Shown: piece by piece, positions 9,341 to 20,270 of the stretch | Numbering within the stretch: the stretch's first letter is position 1 | How the letters are laid out: every line of letters begins with the position of its first letter | Assembly: GCA_049599475.1 (NCBI GenBank) | Contig: JBMYOQ010000011.1 | Coordinates: 1-64,000, forward strand | Direction: 5' to 3' | Length of the DNA: 64,000 nt | Source: Opitutales bacterium | GTDB taxonomy: Bacteria; Verrucomicrobiota; Verrucomicrobiia; Opitutales; JABSRG01 | Program-made: the position numbers and the translations under genes | Notes under the pieces: model-generated | What the model saw: the letters and a program-made list of their open reading frames with translations, nothing else | What the model was told of the DNA's origin: nothing | Database searches by the model: none

Positions 9341-9417
9341 TTAGGGATACGTGTTCTCATGAATGAGGGCTTTCGAACTCAATTAGCATTCTTTAACTTC
9401 ACATAAATAGTATTACG

Positions 9418-10413
9418 ATGCTCAAACAAACAAAAGCAGTGGCAAAAACTTGCCTTCTCGGCCTCGCGAGCCTGTTCGCTGGGTTCTCAGTAAACGCAGA
9501 ACCTTTGAAAATTGGTTATAGTGACTGGCCAGGGTGGGTCGCTTGGGAAATCGGCATTAGCAAGGGCTGGTTCGAAGAAGCCGGTGTAGAAGTCGACTTC
9601 AAGTGGATGGATTACGTAGCATCTATGGACGCTTACGTTGCTGGCACTCTCGACGCGGTTTCTATGACAAACGGAGATGCGCTTGTGACTGGTGGAACTG
9701 GAAAACCTTCTGTCGGCATCATCATTAACGACTTCTCTAATGGTAACGACATGATCGTTGCTCAACCAGGTATCGAGTCTCTGGAAGATCTGAAGGGTAA
9801 GAAGATCGGCCTCGAAGAAGGCTTCGTTCTTCACCTTCTTCTCCTGAAGGCTGCTGAGAAAAAGGGTATCGACCCATCAGAATTCGAGATCGTAAACGTT
9901 CCAACGAACGAGACTCCTCAAGTGCTCGCTTCTAAGGATGTGGACGCGATCGGAGCTTGGCAGCCAAGCTCTGGCCAATCTCTGAAGACAGTTCCAGGGT
10001 CTAAGCCTGTGTTCACATCAGCGGACGTTCCTGGTCTCATCTACGACGTTCTTTACGTCGATCCAGAAAGCCTCGAAAAGCGTCGCGACGACTGGGCGAA
10101 GGTAGTCAAGGTCTGGTACAAGATCGTCGATTTCATCAAGGACGAGGACAACCTCGACGAAGCTCTCGAAATTCTCGCAGGCCGCGTATCTATCTCACCA
10201 GAAGAGTATGAGCCTTTCTTTGGTGGCACTTACATTCTCACGCTTGAGGAAGCCCTTAAGGTATGGGAAAAGGCTGAAGGACTTGAGTCCATCTACGGAT
10301 CATCGGTTATCTCCGACAAGTTCAACGTCTCACAGGGCGTTTACGAGGAAGCTCTCGATACAGAGAAATACCTCGACCCTAGCCTCACTATGGAATACGC
10401 GAAGTCTAAGTAA
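9418..10413 (+). CDS. ABC transporter substrate-binding protein (NMT1/SsuA-like, urea carboxylase-associated type)
   Basis: Signal peptide; [27 protein letters not shown] motifs. Confidence 0.88.
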   Translation: MLKQTKAVAKTCLLGLASLFAGFSVNAEPLKIGYSDWPGWVAWEIGISKGWFEEAGVEVDFKWMDYVASMDAYVAGTLDAVSMTNGDALVTGGTGKPSVGIIINDFSNGNDMIVAQPGIESLEDLKGKKIGLEEGFVLHLLLLKAAEKKGIDPSEFEIVNVPTNETPQVLASKDVDAIGAWQPSSGQSLKTVPGSKPVFTSADVPGLIYDVLYVDPESLEKRRDDWAKVVKVWYKIVDFIKDEDNLDEALEILAGRVSISPEEYEPFFGGTYILTLEEALKVWEKAEGLESIYGSSVISDKFNVSQGVYEEALDTEKYLDPSLTMEYAKSK

Positions 10414-10455
10414 GCTTCAGACCTTTTCACACAAAGAATAATCTAATGTGTATGA

Positions 10456-10486
10456 AGGCGGGCCCGACCCGGCCCGCCTCCTTTTT
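10456..10486 (+). terminator. Rho-independent terminator/attenuator-like hairpin after the SBP gene
   Basis: Stem AGGCGGGCC / GGCCCGCCT followed by CCTTTTT. Confidence 0.6.
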
Positions 10487-10630
10487 GCCCAAATACTGGG
10501 AAAAACCAAAAGAAATACACTGCAAATATGTATCGTTTAGGCGGATACGAACATTCGCCCTCCTTTATATTTATCTTGAGGAAGGCAAATTTTCGTAATC
10601 GCCCAAATCGCACAATTGCTCTCTTGAAAG

Positions 10631-12007
10631 ATGCCAAGCTCTAAAAAAACAAAGGCGCAAAAGCGCTCATGGTTCGCCATTCGTAAGGATTTAGACGCTA
10701 AGCAGCGCACAATTCTCACTTTCCTATCCTTTCTTACGCCGCTCTTTATCTGGTCATTGGTCAGCTACTCGCCCTTTATCTGGCGCCCCGATATCAAACT
10801 ACAGATCTCTGCTGAGCGCGAAGGAATCACAACCGTATTCACTCCAGGAGACCATCTCTCTAAAGAGTTTTTCCCGACATTTGTAGAGGGCGTTCAAAGC
10901 GACAATGCCGCTATCATGGCTGAGCGAGAGTCTGGTGATATCAAGGGCACCGGTTCGCGCATTCGACGTGCTAATCTGAAAAAAATGCGCCACATTGCCG
11001 CTGTCGCTACCGCGAATGGCTGGCTCACGAAAGATCAGGCAGAAGAAGATGCAGAGCTTTATAAAATTTGGGGTGGAGTCGCCCAAGGCACCTTGGTCCA
11101 AGATAAGGTAAAGCTGAATGAAGAAAACATCGGCATCATTCAGCGCAATTGGGCTCTGATGGTGGAGCGCAGCGAGGTCTATGAATCCAAGCTGCTCCCA
11201 GAAGTTCCGTTGGAAAAATTGATTCCTCAAGGAAAAGCCGCAAACCCTGTTTTTTTGCCAGCTCCGCATGAGGTCCTATTAAAGGGGATTGAGGATTTTA
11301 CCTTCAGTACTGAAGGGGATAAACCCGCCATGTTTGAGCGCTACAAGCACTCGCTCACGATTGTCTTTTCCGGATTCCTCTTGGCTGCTTTGATCGGAAC
11401 GCCCCTCGGAATTATGTGCGGGACTTTCGATTTCTTCTCAAAATTATTTGAACCCTTCATCGACTTCTTCCGATACATGCCAGCTCCGGCATTCAGCACG
11501 CTGCTCGTGGCGATTCTTTCGCTGGGTGATGCGCCGAAAGTTGGTCTGGTTTTCCTGGGAACCTTTTTCCAGCTCGTATTGGTTGTAGCGAATACGACAC
11601 GACAATTGGACGCTTCTTTAATCGAAGCTGCGCAAACGCTCGGAGCTAAAGGGTTTACATTAATTCGCCGAGTCATTTTGCCGGGAATTACTCCGAATTT
11701 ATATAATGATATGCGCATCCTCCTAGGGTGGGCCTGGACATGGTTGGTCATCGCGGAACTCATCGGGACCAAGTCGGGCTTGACCGAGTTTATTGATGTC
11801 CAGGGCCGCTTCCGCAATTTCGACAGTGTCTATCCAATCATCATTTTGATTGGTATGTCCGGGTTCGCGACGGACCAATTTTTGTCATCCCTGCGCAAAT
11901 ATCTCTTCCCTTGGACGCCTGAAGCTTCTGAGAAGAAACATGGCCCATTTGGAAAATTCTTCCTCTGGGTCATCGACCGCAACGCCTACGTAGACCAGAA
12001 AGGATAA
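10631..12007 (+). CDS. ABC transporter permease (SsuC/TauC-like) with a large extracytoplasmic insertion
   Basis: [23 protein letters not shown] loop [24 protein letters not shown]. Confidence 0.9.
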   Translation: MPSSKKTKAQKRSWFAIRKDLDAKQRTILTFLSFLTPLFIWSLVSYSPFIWRPDIKLQISAEREGITTVFTPGDHLSKEFFPTFVEGVQSDNAAIMAERESGDIKGTGSRIRRANLKKMRHIAAVATANGWLTKDQAEEDAELYKIWGGVAQGTLVQDKVKLNEENIGIIQRNWALMVERSEVYESKLLPEVPLEKLIPQGKAANPVFLPAPHEVLLKGIEDFTFSTEGDKPAMFERYKHSLTIVFSGFLLAALIGTPLGIMCGTFDFFSKLFEPFIDFFRYMPAPAFSTLLVAILSLGDAPKVGLVFLGTFFQLVLVVANTTRQLDASLIEAAQTLGAKGFTLIRRVILPGITPNLYNDMRILLGWAWTWLVIAELIGTKSGLTEFIDVQGRFRNFDSVYPIIILIGMSGFATDQFLSSLRKYLFPWTPEASEKKHGPFGKFFLWVIDRNAYVDQKG

Positions 12008-12013
12008 AAAGCA

Positions 12014-12913
12014 ATGAGCGACGTAATTGATTTACCCAGTTATAAAGATCAAAGCGAAGCGGTTCGTAAGCGTTTCGAGGAAATTAAAAAGCGCCCGATT
12101 AAGCTCGAGGTAAAAGGTGTGAGCAAGAGCTTCACTACTGCCAAAGGCACTGTGGACGTGCTGAGCCCGATTGAGTTCAACGTCCATCGCCGTGAGTTTA
12201 TCTCAGTTATCGGGCCCTCGGGTTGCGGTAAGTCTACCTTGATCCGGATGCTTGCGGGGCTCGAAACCCTCTCGGGCGGCACCTTCCTACTCGATGGCGA
12301 AGAGCCGCACGGCCCCGGGGCCGATCGCGGTATGGTTTTTCAGGGCTATACGCTGTTCCCATGGTTGAGCGTGAAGAAAAATGTCATGTTTGGCCTAGAG
12401 ATCAACGGGCGCTCGGGCACAGCTGTTGAGCAAGAGGCCTTGCAATGGATCGAACTCGTGGGACTCTCCCACGCTGCAGAAAAATATCCTAGCCAACTCT
12501 CGGGTGGCATGAAGCAACGTGTCGCGATTGCCCGCGCATTGGCAAACCAGCCACAGATTCTCTTTATGGATGAACCCTTTGGTGCGCTGGATCCACACAC
12601 ACGTTGCCAAATGCAGTCTCACCTGTTGCAGATCTGGCGCAATGTGGATGTCACCATCATGTTTGTGACACACGACTTGGACGAGGCGATTTACCTGTCG
12701 GATCGCATCCTTGTTTTAAAAGCAAATCCTGGTGAAATTCATGAATTCATCGAGGTACCGGTGGAACGTCCACGGACTCAGGAATGCCTCTTGAGCCCAG
12801 AATTCCTGGCGACCAAACAGCGCCTAGAAGAACTCATCCACCCGAAGTCAGAAGAGGAAGAAGAACAACTTCCAATAATCAAAATGACGGAGGCCGACGA
12901 CGAAGTAGAGTAA
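12014..12913 (+). CDS. ABC transporter ATP-binding protein (SsuB/TauB/NrtD-like)
   Basis: Walker [10 protein letters not shown], signature LSGGMKQR, Walker [17 protein letters not shown]. Confidence 0.93.
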   Translation: MSDVIDLPSYKDQSEAVRKRFEEIKKRPIKLEVKGVSKSFTTAKGTVDVLSPIEFNVHRREFISVIGPSGCGKSTLIRMLAGLETLSGGTFLLDGEEPHGPGADRGMVFQGYTLFPWLSVKKNVMFGLEINGRSGTAVEQEALQWIELVGLSHAAEKYPSQLSGGMKQRVAIARALANQPQILFMDEPFGALDPHTRCQMQSHLLQIWRNVDVTIMFVTHDLDEAIYLSDRILVLKANPGEIHEFIEVPVERPRTQECLLSPEFLATKQRLEELIHPKSEEEEEQLPIIKMTEADDEVE

Positions 12914-12915
12914 GC

Positions 12916-13692
12916 ATGCCTGAAACTTCGAACAGTCAATGGTCGATCATGACCTGGCCCGAGATTTTGGATACAATCAATTCGGGCTGCGATGCGGCTA
13001 TTCTACCCCTCGGTGCGACCGAACAACACGGTCCTCACCTAGGCACGGGTATGGATAGCGTGATCGCTGAAAAGCTTTGTGCTGCTGTTGCAGAGCGGAC
13101 GGGCGTTCCCATGTTGCCGACACTGACTTACGGCTGTTCAATTGGGCACTCGCATCGCTGGCCAGGTACCCTCGCCCTGAGCCCGGCAACCTTTATCGCC
13201 GTGCTCACGGATATCGGTGACTGGCTCTACAAAGCAGGCGTGCGTCGTTTATTCATGATCAATTGCCATGTGGGCAATGCGGCTGCGGTGCGCTGTGCGC
13301 TCGATACCTTGCGTTGCCGCTATGACGACATGATGATCGCGGCGTTCAACGACGGTGATTTGACGCCCGAGATTCAGGCCATCTTCGCGTCCGACGGCGC
13401 TGACTGGCACGCCAACGCCTCGGAAACGAGCCTCATGCTCAGTCATGCTCCGGAGATGGTGCGTCCTGAACTCCTCGATACCTCTGATGATCCTGATCGC
13501 ACTGAAGACTGCGTCTTTGCTCACCCGGTAAACCGGACAAGTACCAATGGTGTGACCGGGCGGCCCAGCGAGGCGAGTGAAGAGGCCGGTCATAAACTTT
13601 TTGAACTGCTTGTTGAGACGTTGACAGACAAAATCAAAAAAGGCCTCACAGAACAACCCCCTCTAAACGCATCTTACTTTAAACGTATTTGA
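12916..13692 (+). CDS. Creatininase-family metal-dependent amidohydrolase
   Basis: [13 protein letters not shown]...[27 protein letters not shown]. Start reassigned to ATG 12916, just after the ATPase stop. Confidence 0.88.
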   Translation: MPETSNSQWSIMTWPEILDTINSGCDAAILPLGATEQHGPHLGTGMDSVIAEKLCAAVAERTGVPMLPTLTYGCSIGHSHRWPGTLALSPATFIAVLTDIGDWLYKAGVRRLFMINCHVGNAAAVRCALDTLRCRYDDMMIAAFNDGDLTPEIQAIFASDGADWHANASETSLMLSHAPEMVRPELLDTSDDPDRTEDCVFAHPVNRTSTNGVTGRPSEASEEAGHKLFELLVETLTDKIKKGLTEQPPLNASYFKRI

Positions 13693-13703
13693 ATAATAGA
13701 CAC

Positions 13704-13732
13704 AGGTAGGGGCCGGCGTCCTCGCCGAGCCG
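13704..13732 (+). repeat. GTAG-type REP-like element (copy 1)
   Basis: AGGTAGGGGCCGGCGTCCTCGCCGAGCCG, similar to copies at 26919-27005 and 56361-56387. Confidence 0.55.
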
Positions 13733-13807
13733 AGGCTGAAAATACGGTCAAACGGTGACGCATACCTCTGCCTTTGAGTTTCAAACAATCTTAAACCCAA
13801 AACACCC

Positions 13808-15229
13808 ATGAAAGATTTTTACGCAAAATACAATAAGGCCGCGGGCAACCTCTATAGCGACGGTGAGCGCTGGAGCCCGGAGCAGGTGGAGGCGATTCAA
13901 GCTGAGCTGCAAAAGCTGGGCGTTAAGTATTGTGCAGGCAACTACGTAGACATCCACGGCGTGCCTAAAGGGAAGGTTGTCCCCGTGAGCCATTTTGCAG
14001 ATTTCGCTGCGGGGTCTGAGCTTTACACTGGGTATGCGCTCGACGGCCTGGGGCAGAGTCCCAATGATGATGAAATCGCATCTGTGCCTGACCTCGGGAT
14101 GATCATTCCGCTTCCCTGGAATCCTGAAGTGGCGTGGATCCCGGCGGATAATACCCTGCATGGGGAGCCCTATGAAGTAAACGCACGAGTCATATTGCAG
14201 AAGGTCTTAAAAGAGGCTGAAGAGATGGGCTTCGGCATGAATTTGGGCATCGAGTGTGAGGTCTTTGTCTTAAAACAGACCGAAGAGGGCACGCTTGAGA
14301 TCCCCAATAGTGACGATAATTTAGAAAAGGCCTGCTACGACTTTAAGCGCTTCATGGATCGCTATCCCTGGCTCGACAAGATGGCTACGGCGATCGACGA
14401 TTTGGGCTGGGATTTGTATTCCTTCGACCATGAAGATGCGAATTCACAGTTTGAGTTCGATTTCAAATACGCAGATGTGCTCACCATGTGTGACCGCTTC
14501 GTTTTCTTCCGCAATATGGCAAAATACTATGCCTCGGAAGAGGGGTTGATTGCTACTTTTATGCCTAAGCCCTTCGCCGATAAGACGGGTAGTGGAGCGC
14601 ATTTCAATATGTCCCTCTTTGATAAGAATACAGGCGAAAACCTATTTAAATGCAGGAAGGAAGATGATCCGCGTGGACTCGGGCTCAGCGAGCTGGGCTA
14701 CCAATTTAGCGCAGGTATTCTCAAGCACGGACAAGCGCTCTGTGCGGCATTTGCGCCGACTGTTAACAGCTACAAGCGTCTCGTCCGCCGCGGCCTCATG
14801 TCCTACTACTCATGGGCTCCAGTCTTTAATTCCTACGGCAGTAATAACCGCACAAACTCTCTGCGCGTCCCCATGGCAGGTGGCCGCGTAGAATCGCGCA
14901 ATGCAGATGCAGCGTGCAACCCTTACTTTGCTGCGGCCCTTGCGCTTGCGGCTGGCCTTGAGGGCATCAAAGAGAAACTCAATCCTGGCGATCCTCAGGA
15001 AGACAATTTATACGAGCTGAGCCAGGCGGAACTCGCAGAGCGTGGCATTAGCGAACTCCCTCGGACCCTGGACGAGGCAGTCGAAGCCTTTGCCGCAGAT
15101 CCCTTTGTCGAAAAGGTACTCGGCACAGAGCTGCGCAAGGAATTCATTACCTATAAGTCAGAGGAATGGCGCCAATACCACCAGCGCATTAGCCAGTGGG
15201 AAATCGACGAATACGCGAGGCTCTACTAA
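13808..15229 (+). CDS. glnT: Glutamine synthetase-like gamma-glutamyl ligase, type III/GlnT (GmaS-related)
   Basis: [62 protein letters not shown]. Confidence 0.8.
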   Translation: MKDFYAKYNKAAGNLYSDGERWSPEQVEAIQAELQKLGVKYCAGNYVDIHGVPKGKVVPVSHFADFAAGSELYTGYALDGLGQSPNDDEIASVPDLGMIIPLPWNPEVAWIPADNTLHGEPYEVNARVILQKVLKEAEEMGFGMNLGIECEVFVLKQTEEGTLEIPNSDDNLEKACYDFKRFMDRYPWLDKMATAIDDLGWDLYSFDHEDANSQFEFDFKYADVLTMCDRFVFFRNMAKYYASEEGLIATFMPKPFADKTGSGAHFNMSLFDKNTGENLFKCRKEDDPRGLGLSELGYQFSAGILKHGQALCAAFAPTVNSYKRLVRRGLMSYYSWAPVFNSYGSNNRTNSLRVPMAGGRVESRNADAACNPYFAAALALAAGLEGIKEKLNPGDPQEDNLYELSQAELAERGISELPRTLDEAVEAFAADPFVEKVLGTELRKEFITYKSEEWRQYHQRISQWEIDEYARLY

Positions 15230-15252
15230 ATTTTCTACAGAGTATCAAACCC

Positions 15253-16005
15253 ATGAATACTGAAAAACCCAACCCACCGCTCGGTTCGAGCGATCTCATA
15301 TACAACACTACACTGCCCGGAGCTACAATGTGGTCGAAAGTCATCGGCCGTGGAAAAACCCTGCGTATGACGAATAGAGAGGGCACTGCAAATGTTGGCA
15401 TGCTGCTATACAATGCTTACGAGAAGCATGAGCGCTACAACATGCCGGATACCCTAAAGGGCCAACATGTTTTTTACCTGACAAGCCCATATTGCCTGCA
15501 TTCTGATATGGGTCGTATATTCGCCTCTATCACGGGGGATACCTATGGTTGGCACGACACCGTTTGCGGCTGTTCAAATCCCGAATCATTGAAAGCGAAA
15601 TATGGCACCAAAACTTTCCAGGAGGCGCGCAATGGTTTCTATAAGGATGCTCGCACAAGTTTCCTGATTGAGCTGGCAAAATGGGGGCTCGGCAAAAAAG
15701 ATTTGGCTCCGAATATCAATTGGTTCAGTAAGGTTGTGGCTGATGAAGAGGGAAAAATTTCGATACCAGTGGAAGAGCCCAAGCCCGGTAGCTACGTGGA
15801 TGTTTATTTCGAAATGGATACCTTAGTTGTGCTCAATACATGCCAACATCCTCTGGATCCACGTCCGGAATATGCGCCAGGGAGAGTGGAATTGGAAGTT
15901 TATAAGACGGAGTTAAAGCCCGAAGATAATCCTTGCTTGAAGAGCCGCCCAGAGAATTTGCGGGCGTATGAGAATAACGAAGAATATCACGCGCTGCGTT
16001 TCTAA
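15253..16005 (+). CDS. cgdA: Urea carboxylase-associated protein 1 (UAAP1/DUF1989; carboxyguanidine deiminase subunit)
   Basis: [30 protein letters not shown]; likely ATG at 15253. Confidence 0.85.
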   Translation: MNTEKPNPPLGSSDLIYNTTLPGATMWSKVIGRGKTLRMTNREGTANVGMLLYNAYEKHERYNMPDTLKGQHVFYLTSPYCLHSDMGRIFASITGDTYGWHDTVCGCSNPESLKAKYGTKTFQEARNGFYKDARTSFLIELAKWGLGKKDLAPNINWFSKVVADEEGKISIPVEEPKPGSYVDVYFEMDTLVVLNTCQHPLDPRPEYAPGRVELEVYKTELKPEDNPCLKSRPENLRAYENNEEYHALRF

Positions 16006-16025
16006 CCCCGAAATACCTGACAAAA

Positions 16026-16667
16026 ATGCTTACAGAGAGTACTTTAGACCTATCAACAGCAGTTTATCGCGAAGTCGTGCCTGCCGGAGAACATTGGTTG
16101 CATACAATCAAAAAGGGGCAGACCCTACGCTTGGTAGACCTGGAGGGTAATCAAGCGGCTGATACGATTTTTTACGATGCGCATGATCCAGAAAATCGAT
16201 ACAGTGCGAATGATACGATCCTGAGCCAACAGGCACTCTATTTAACTACGGGGTCTAAGCTGATGTCTACGATGGGCGACTTGCTTTTGACTATCACTGC
16301 CGACACCTGTGGTCGCCACGATACGGTGGGAGGCGCTTGTTCGCGTGAGAGCAATACGATGCGCTACGCACACAATAAGATTCATCTACACGCATGTCGT
16401 GATGTATTCATTACAGGTCTCCAAGAATGGGATGCTGATGTCGGGAAACGAGATATTACCTGCAATATCAATTTTTTTATGAACGTTCCAGTGACTCCCG
16501 AGGGTAAATTGACGTTTGAAGACGGTATATCTGCACCGGGGCGCTATGTAGAAATGCTGGCTGACCGTGACGTCGTATGTCTGATTTCGAACTGTCCGCA
16601 GCTTCTAAACCCCTGCAACGCTTACAATCCGACCCCCATAGAAGCCATCATCTGGGACCCCAAATAA
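16026..16667 (+). CDS. cgdB: Urea carboxylase-associated protein 2 (UAAP2/DUF1989; carboxyguanidine deiminase subunit)
   Basis: [47 protein letters not shown]. Confidence 0.88.
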   Translation: MLTESTLDLSTAVYREVVPAGEHWLHTIKKGQTLRLVDLEGNQAADTIFYDAHDPENRYSANDTILSQQALYLTTGSKLMSTMGDLLLTITADTCGRHDTVGGACSRESNTMRYAHNKIHLHACRDVFITGLQEWDADVGKRDITCNINFFMNVPVTPEGKLTFEDGISAPGRYVEMLADRDVVCLISNCPQLLNPCNAYNPTPIEAIIWDPK

Positions 16668-16670
16668 GCC

Positions 16671-19600
16671 GTGTTTAAAAAAGTTCTTATTGCGAATCGC
16701 GGCGAGATTGCTTGTCGCATTATCCGTACTTTGTCCGAAATGGGCATCGAATCGGTGGCGGTCTATTCCGAAGCTGATGCAGATGCTCCGCATGTCTCGA
16801 TGGCCACTGAGGCATTCTTGCTGGGGCCGGCGGCTGTCAGTGAAAGTTACTTACGTATCGAGCGTATCCTCGAAATTGCCAAGCAGAGTGGCGCCGAAGC
16901 CATCCATCCCGGGTACGGGCTCTTGAGTGAAAATGCTGATTTTGCGACACAGTGTGAGGCTCAAGGGATTGCTTTCGTTGGGCCGACTCCGGGGCAAATG
17001 CTCGAGTTTGGCTTAAAGCACGAGGCACGTCGTCTTGCGGAGGAAAACCAAGTGCCACTGCTGCCAGGGAGTGATTTGCTGTCGGGCTTGGACGAAGCGT
17101 TGAGCACTGCGGAAAATGTCGGCTATCCGGTAATGCTGAAGAGCACTGCGGGCGGTGGCGGCATTGGCATGCAGATCTGTGGTGATGCAGCGAGTCTGTG
17201 TGAGGCTTATGATCGCGTTGAGCGCCTGAGCCAAAGCCACTTCGGTCAAGGTGGTATTTTTCTAGAAAAATATGTCACCCTGGCGCGCCATCTCGAAGTG
17301 CAAATATTTGGCGATGGCGCAGGTAGTGTAGTGTCCCTGGGGGTACGCGATTGCTCAGCCCAGAGACGAAACCAAAAGGTGATTGAAGAAACACCTCCGC
17401 CGAATGTCCCAGACTCTGTTGTTTCGGGGCTGGAGCAGGCTGCTCTGCGCCTGGCGCGTGGTGTGTCATATCGCTCTGCGGGAACGGTTGAGTTTATTTA
17501 CGACAATGACACCCAGGAATACTATTTTCTTGAGGTGAACACGCGCCTCCAGGTGGAGCACGGAGTCAGCGAGCTCGTTACAGGCGTGGACCTCGTCCGC
17601 TGGATGGTCGAGCAAGCAGCAGGTGAATTGTCATTGCCCAATACAGACAGTATTCCTCAAAAGGGACACGCCATACAGACGCGTCTCTACGCGGAGGACC
17701 CGCATCGCAATTTTCAGCCTTCCAGCGGCACGCTGACGCATGTGGAATTCCCGGAGGACGTGCGTTGCGACCACTGGATAGCCTCGGGATCAGAGATCAC
17801 ACCTTATTACGATCCCTTGTTGGCGAAGCTTCAGGTGTATGCGGACGATCGTCCTTCCGCAGTGGATGCTCTGCAAAAGGCTTTATCGGAAACACGCATA
17901 GATGGACTAGAAAGCAATCTGGCCTACCTACGATCGATTGTAGCCGATGACGTATTTTGTAAGGGAACAGTGGTGACGCGTTCTCTGGGAGAGCACACCT
18001 TTCGCCCACGAAGCTTTGAAGTGTTGAGATCGGGCACCATGACCACAGTGCAGGATTTCCCCGGGCGTGTTGGCTACTGGGATGTCGGTGTGCCGCCGTC
18101 TGGGCCTATGGATAATTTTAGCTTCCGTCTTGGAAATCGGATGCTCGGCAACTCGGATGACGCTGCCGGGCTCGAGATTACGGCGACTGGGCCTAAACTG
18201 AGCTTCAATTTTCCAACACGAGCGGTCCTTACAGGGGCTCCGATGAGCGCTTCGCTCGATGGGCAAGCTGTCGAATTTAACAATCCATTCGACATCCGTG
18301 AGGGTGCCGTCCTCGATGTGGGCTCGGTGCTCGAAGCCGGGGTGCGTGCCTACCTGCTCATTCAAGGAGGCCTGGATATTCCGAAATATCTAGGCAGCCG
18401 CTCGACCTTTACCCTTGGGAAATTCGGCGGGCACGGTGGCCGCGCGCTGCGCGTGGGTGATGTCATTCATATGCTGCCTGCAGACGACTCTGGGGCTGAG
18501 GCTGTTTTTACGGTAGAACATCTTCCTGAAATTTCCACTACATGGGATATCGCAGTGTTGTCCGGCCCGCATGGTGCTCCAGACTTCTTTACGGAACGGG
18601 ATATCACTGAATTCTTCGAAACGGATTGGAAAGTCCACTTCAACTCTGCGCGCACAGGTGTGCGTTTGATTGGGCCGAAGCCCGAATGGGCGCGTCCAGA
18701 CGGTGGTGAAGCGGGACTGCACCCATCGAATTTGCATGATAATGCGTATTCTATCGGAGCTGTTGATTTTACCGGAGACATGCCTGTTATCCTGGGCCCG
18801 GATGGCCCAAGTCTAGGGGGCTTTGTCTGCCCGGTTACGATTATCGAATGCGAGCTGTGGAAAATGGGGCAGTTGCGTCCAGGAGATTCGGTGCGTTTTC
18901 GATGCCTATCGCCAGATGAAGCCAAGGCAATGACTGTGGCCTATCAAGCAACACTTGAGGAGGCTGCACCACTGCTTGAATGTGCGAAGCGTTTGCACTA
19001 TCCGAGTGCTGACGAGGCGATTCTCCATAGCTCCGGATCTGGCGATGAACAGATTGTGGTAAGACGGGCCGGGGACACGAATGTATTGGTCGAGATCGGC
19101 CCGATGGCTCTCGATTTCCGACTCCGTTTCCACATTCACGTATTGTACGAGGCCTTTAAAAAGCGAGAGATCGTCGGCGTGTCAGACTTGACGCCGGGGA
19201 TTCGCTCCCTGCAGGTCCATTTCGACCCGAAGCTGATTTCGGCGGCTAGCATTTGTGAGGCTATAGTGGATACGAATGCTAGTTTGCCTGCTCTAGAGAA
19301 TGTCACAGTGCCATCGCGCGTGGTGCACTTGCCTCTCTCCTGGGATGATCCCTCGACCCAAGAAGCGATTGACCGCTATGTGAGCACGGTGCGTGCAGAT
19401 GCACCTTGGTGTCCTGATAATATCGAATTTATCCGCCGGATCAATGGGCTCGATTCCCGCCAAGACGTGTATGATATTGTGTTTAATGCGCGATACGTTG
19501 TCCTGGGCCTCGGGGATGTATATTTGGGCGCTCCGGTCGCTACACCGATGGATCCACGTCATCGATTAGTCACTACGAAGTATAACCCTGCTCGAACTTG

Positions 19601-20267
19601 GACGCCCGAGAACGCAGTCGGAATCGGCGGTGCCTACATGTGTATCTACGGCATGGAGGGCCCTGGAGGCTATCAATTTGTCGGCCGAACGATCCAGATG
19701 TGGAATTCCTACGACAGTGAAGCACCCTTTGAAGTGGGGAAGCCTTGGTTGCTTCGCTTCTTCGACCAGATTCGCTTCTACCCAGTCAGTGAAGACGAGT
19801 TAAAAACGCTGCGTAAGGACTTTCCGGCGGCACGCTTTTCACCGAAAATCGAAGAAGGCCATTTCAGCCTGTCTGAGTATCAAGGATTCTTAGACAAGAA
19901 TTCGGAAAGTATTGCTGAATTCAAAAGCTCACAGAAAGTGGCATTTGAGGCCGAGCGGAAACGCTGGGAAGCAGCTGGAATCGCGGCCTACATCGACGAT
20001 TCAGAAGTAGAAACCGAAGTGGAGACTGCAAGCTTGCCGGAGGGCGCTGTGCCTGTGGAGAGCCCTGTAGCGGGAAGCCTTTGGAAAATTTTGGCAAATG
20101 AAGAAGGGGCCGAGATTGAGGAAGGAGATACCCTCGCGATCTTAGAATCCATGAAGATGGAAATTCAGATTGCGGCGCCGGCTTCGGGAACGCTTTGTTT
20201 AATTGCATCGAAAGAGGGCCAGACATTGGACCCCGGACAACTGCTCTTTGCTATTCAACCGAAATAA
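16671..20267 (+). CDS. uca: Urea/guanidine carboxylase (biotin carboxylase + carboxyltransferase + biotin carrier)
   Basis: [66 protein letters not shown] biotinylation motif. Confidence 0.95.
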   Translation: MFKKVLIANRGEIACRIIRTLSEMGIESVAVYSEADADAPHVSMATEAFLLGPAAVSESYLRIERILEIAKQSGAEAIHPGYGLLSENADFATQCEAQGIAFVGPTPGQMLEFGLKHEARRLAEENQVPLLPGSDLLSGLDEALSTAENVGYPVMLKSTAGGGGIGMQICGDAASLCEAYDRVERLSQSHFGQGGIFLEKYVTLARHLEVQIFGDGAGSVVSLGVRDCSAQRRNQKVIEETPPPNVPDSVVSGLEQAALRLARGVSYRSAGTVEFIYDNDTQEYYFLEVNTRLQVEHGVSELVTGVDLVRWMVEQAAGELSLPNTDSIPQKGHAIQTRLYAEDPHRNFQPSSGTLTHVEFPEDVRCDHWIASGSEITPYYDPLLAKLQVYADDRPSAVDALQKALSETRIDGLESNLAYLRSIVADDVFCKGTVVTRSLGEHTFRPRSFEVLRSGTMTTVQDFPGRVGYWDVGVPPSGPMDNFSFRLGNRMLGNSDDAAGLEITATGPKLSFNFPTRAVLTGAPMSASLDGQAVEFNNPFDIREGAVLDVGSVLEAGVRAYLLIQGGLDIPKYLGSRSTFTLGKFGGHGGRALRVGDVIHMLPADDSGAEAVFTVEHLPEISTTWDIAVLSGPHGAPDFFTERDITEFFETDWKVHFNSARTGVRLIGPKPEWARPDGGEAGLHPSNLHDNAYSIGAVDFTGDMPVILGPDGPSLGGFVCPVTIIECELWKMGQLRPGDSVRFRCLSPDEAKAMTVAYQATLEEAAPLLECAKRLHYPSADEAILHSSGSGDEQIVVRRAGDTNVLVEIGPMALDFRLRFHIHVLYEAFKKREIVGVSDLTPGIRSLQVHFDPKLISAASICEAIVDTNASLPALENVTVPSRVVHLPLSWDDPSTQEAIDRYVSTVRADAPWCPDNIEFIRRINGLDSRQDVYDIVFNARYVVLGLGDVYLGAPVATPMDPRHRLVTTKYNPARTWTPENAVGIGGAYMCIYGMEGPGGYQFVGRTIQMWNSYDSEAPFEVGKPWLLRFFDQIRFYPVSEDELKTLRKDFPAARFSPKIEEGHFSLSEYQGFLDKNSESIAEFKSSQKVAFEAERKRWEAAGIAAYIDDSEVETEVETASLPEGAVPVESPVAGSLWKILANEEGAEIEEGDTLAILESMKMEIQIAAPASGTLCLIASKEGQTLDPGQLLFAIQPK

Positions 20268-20270
20268 GAA

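Noticed and set aside
9244..10630. Guanidine riboswitch upstream of or within the uca operon
   Set aside because: No recognisable ykkC or mini-ykkC features by eye; the hairpin at 10456-10486 fits a simple terminator. A covariance search is still needed to be certain.
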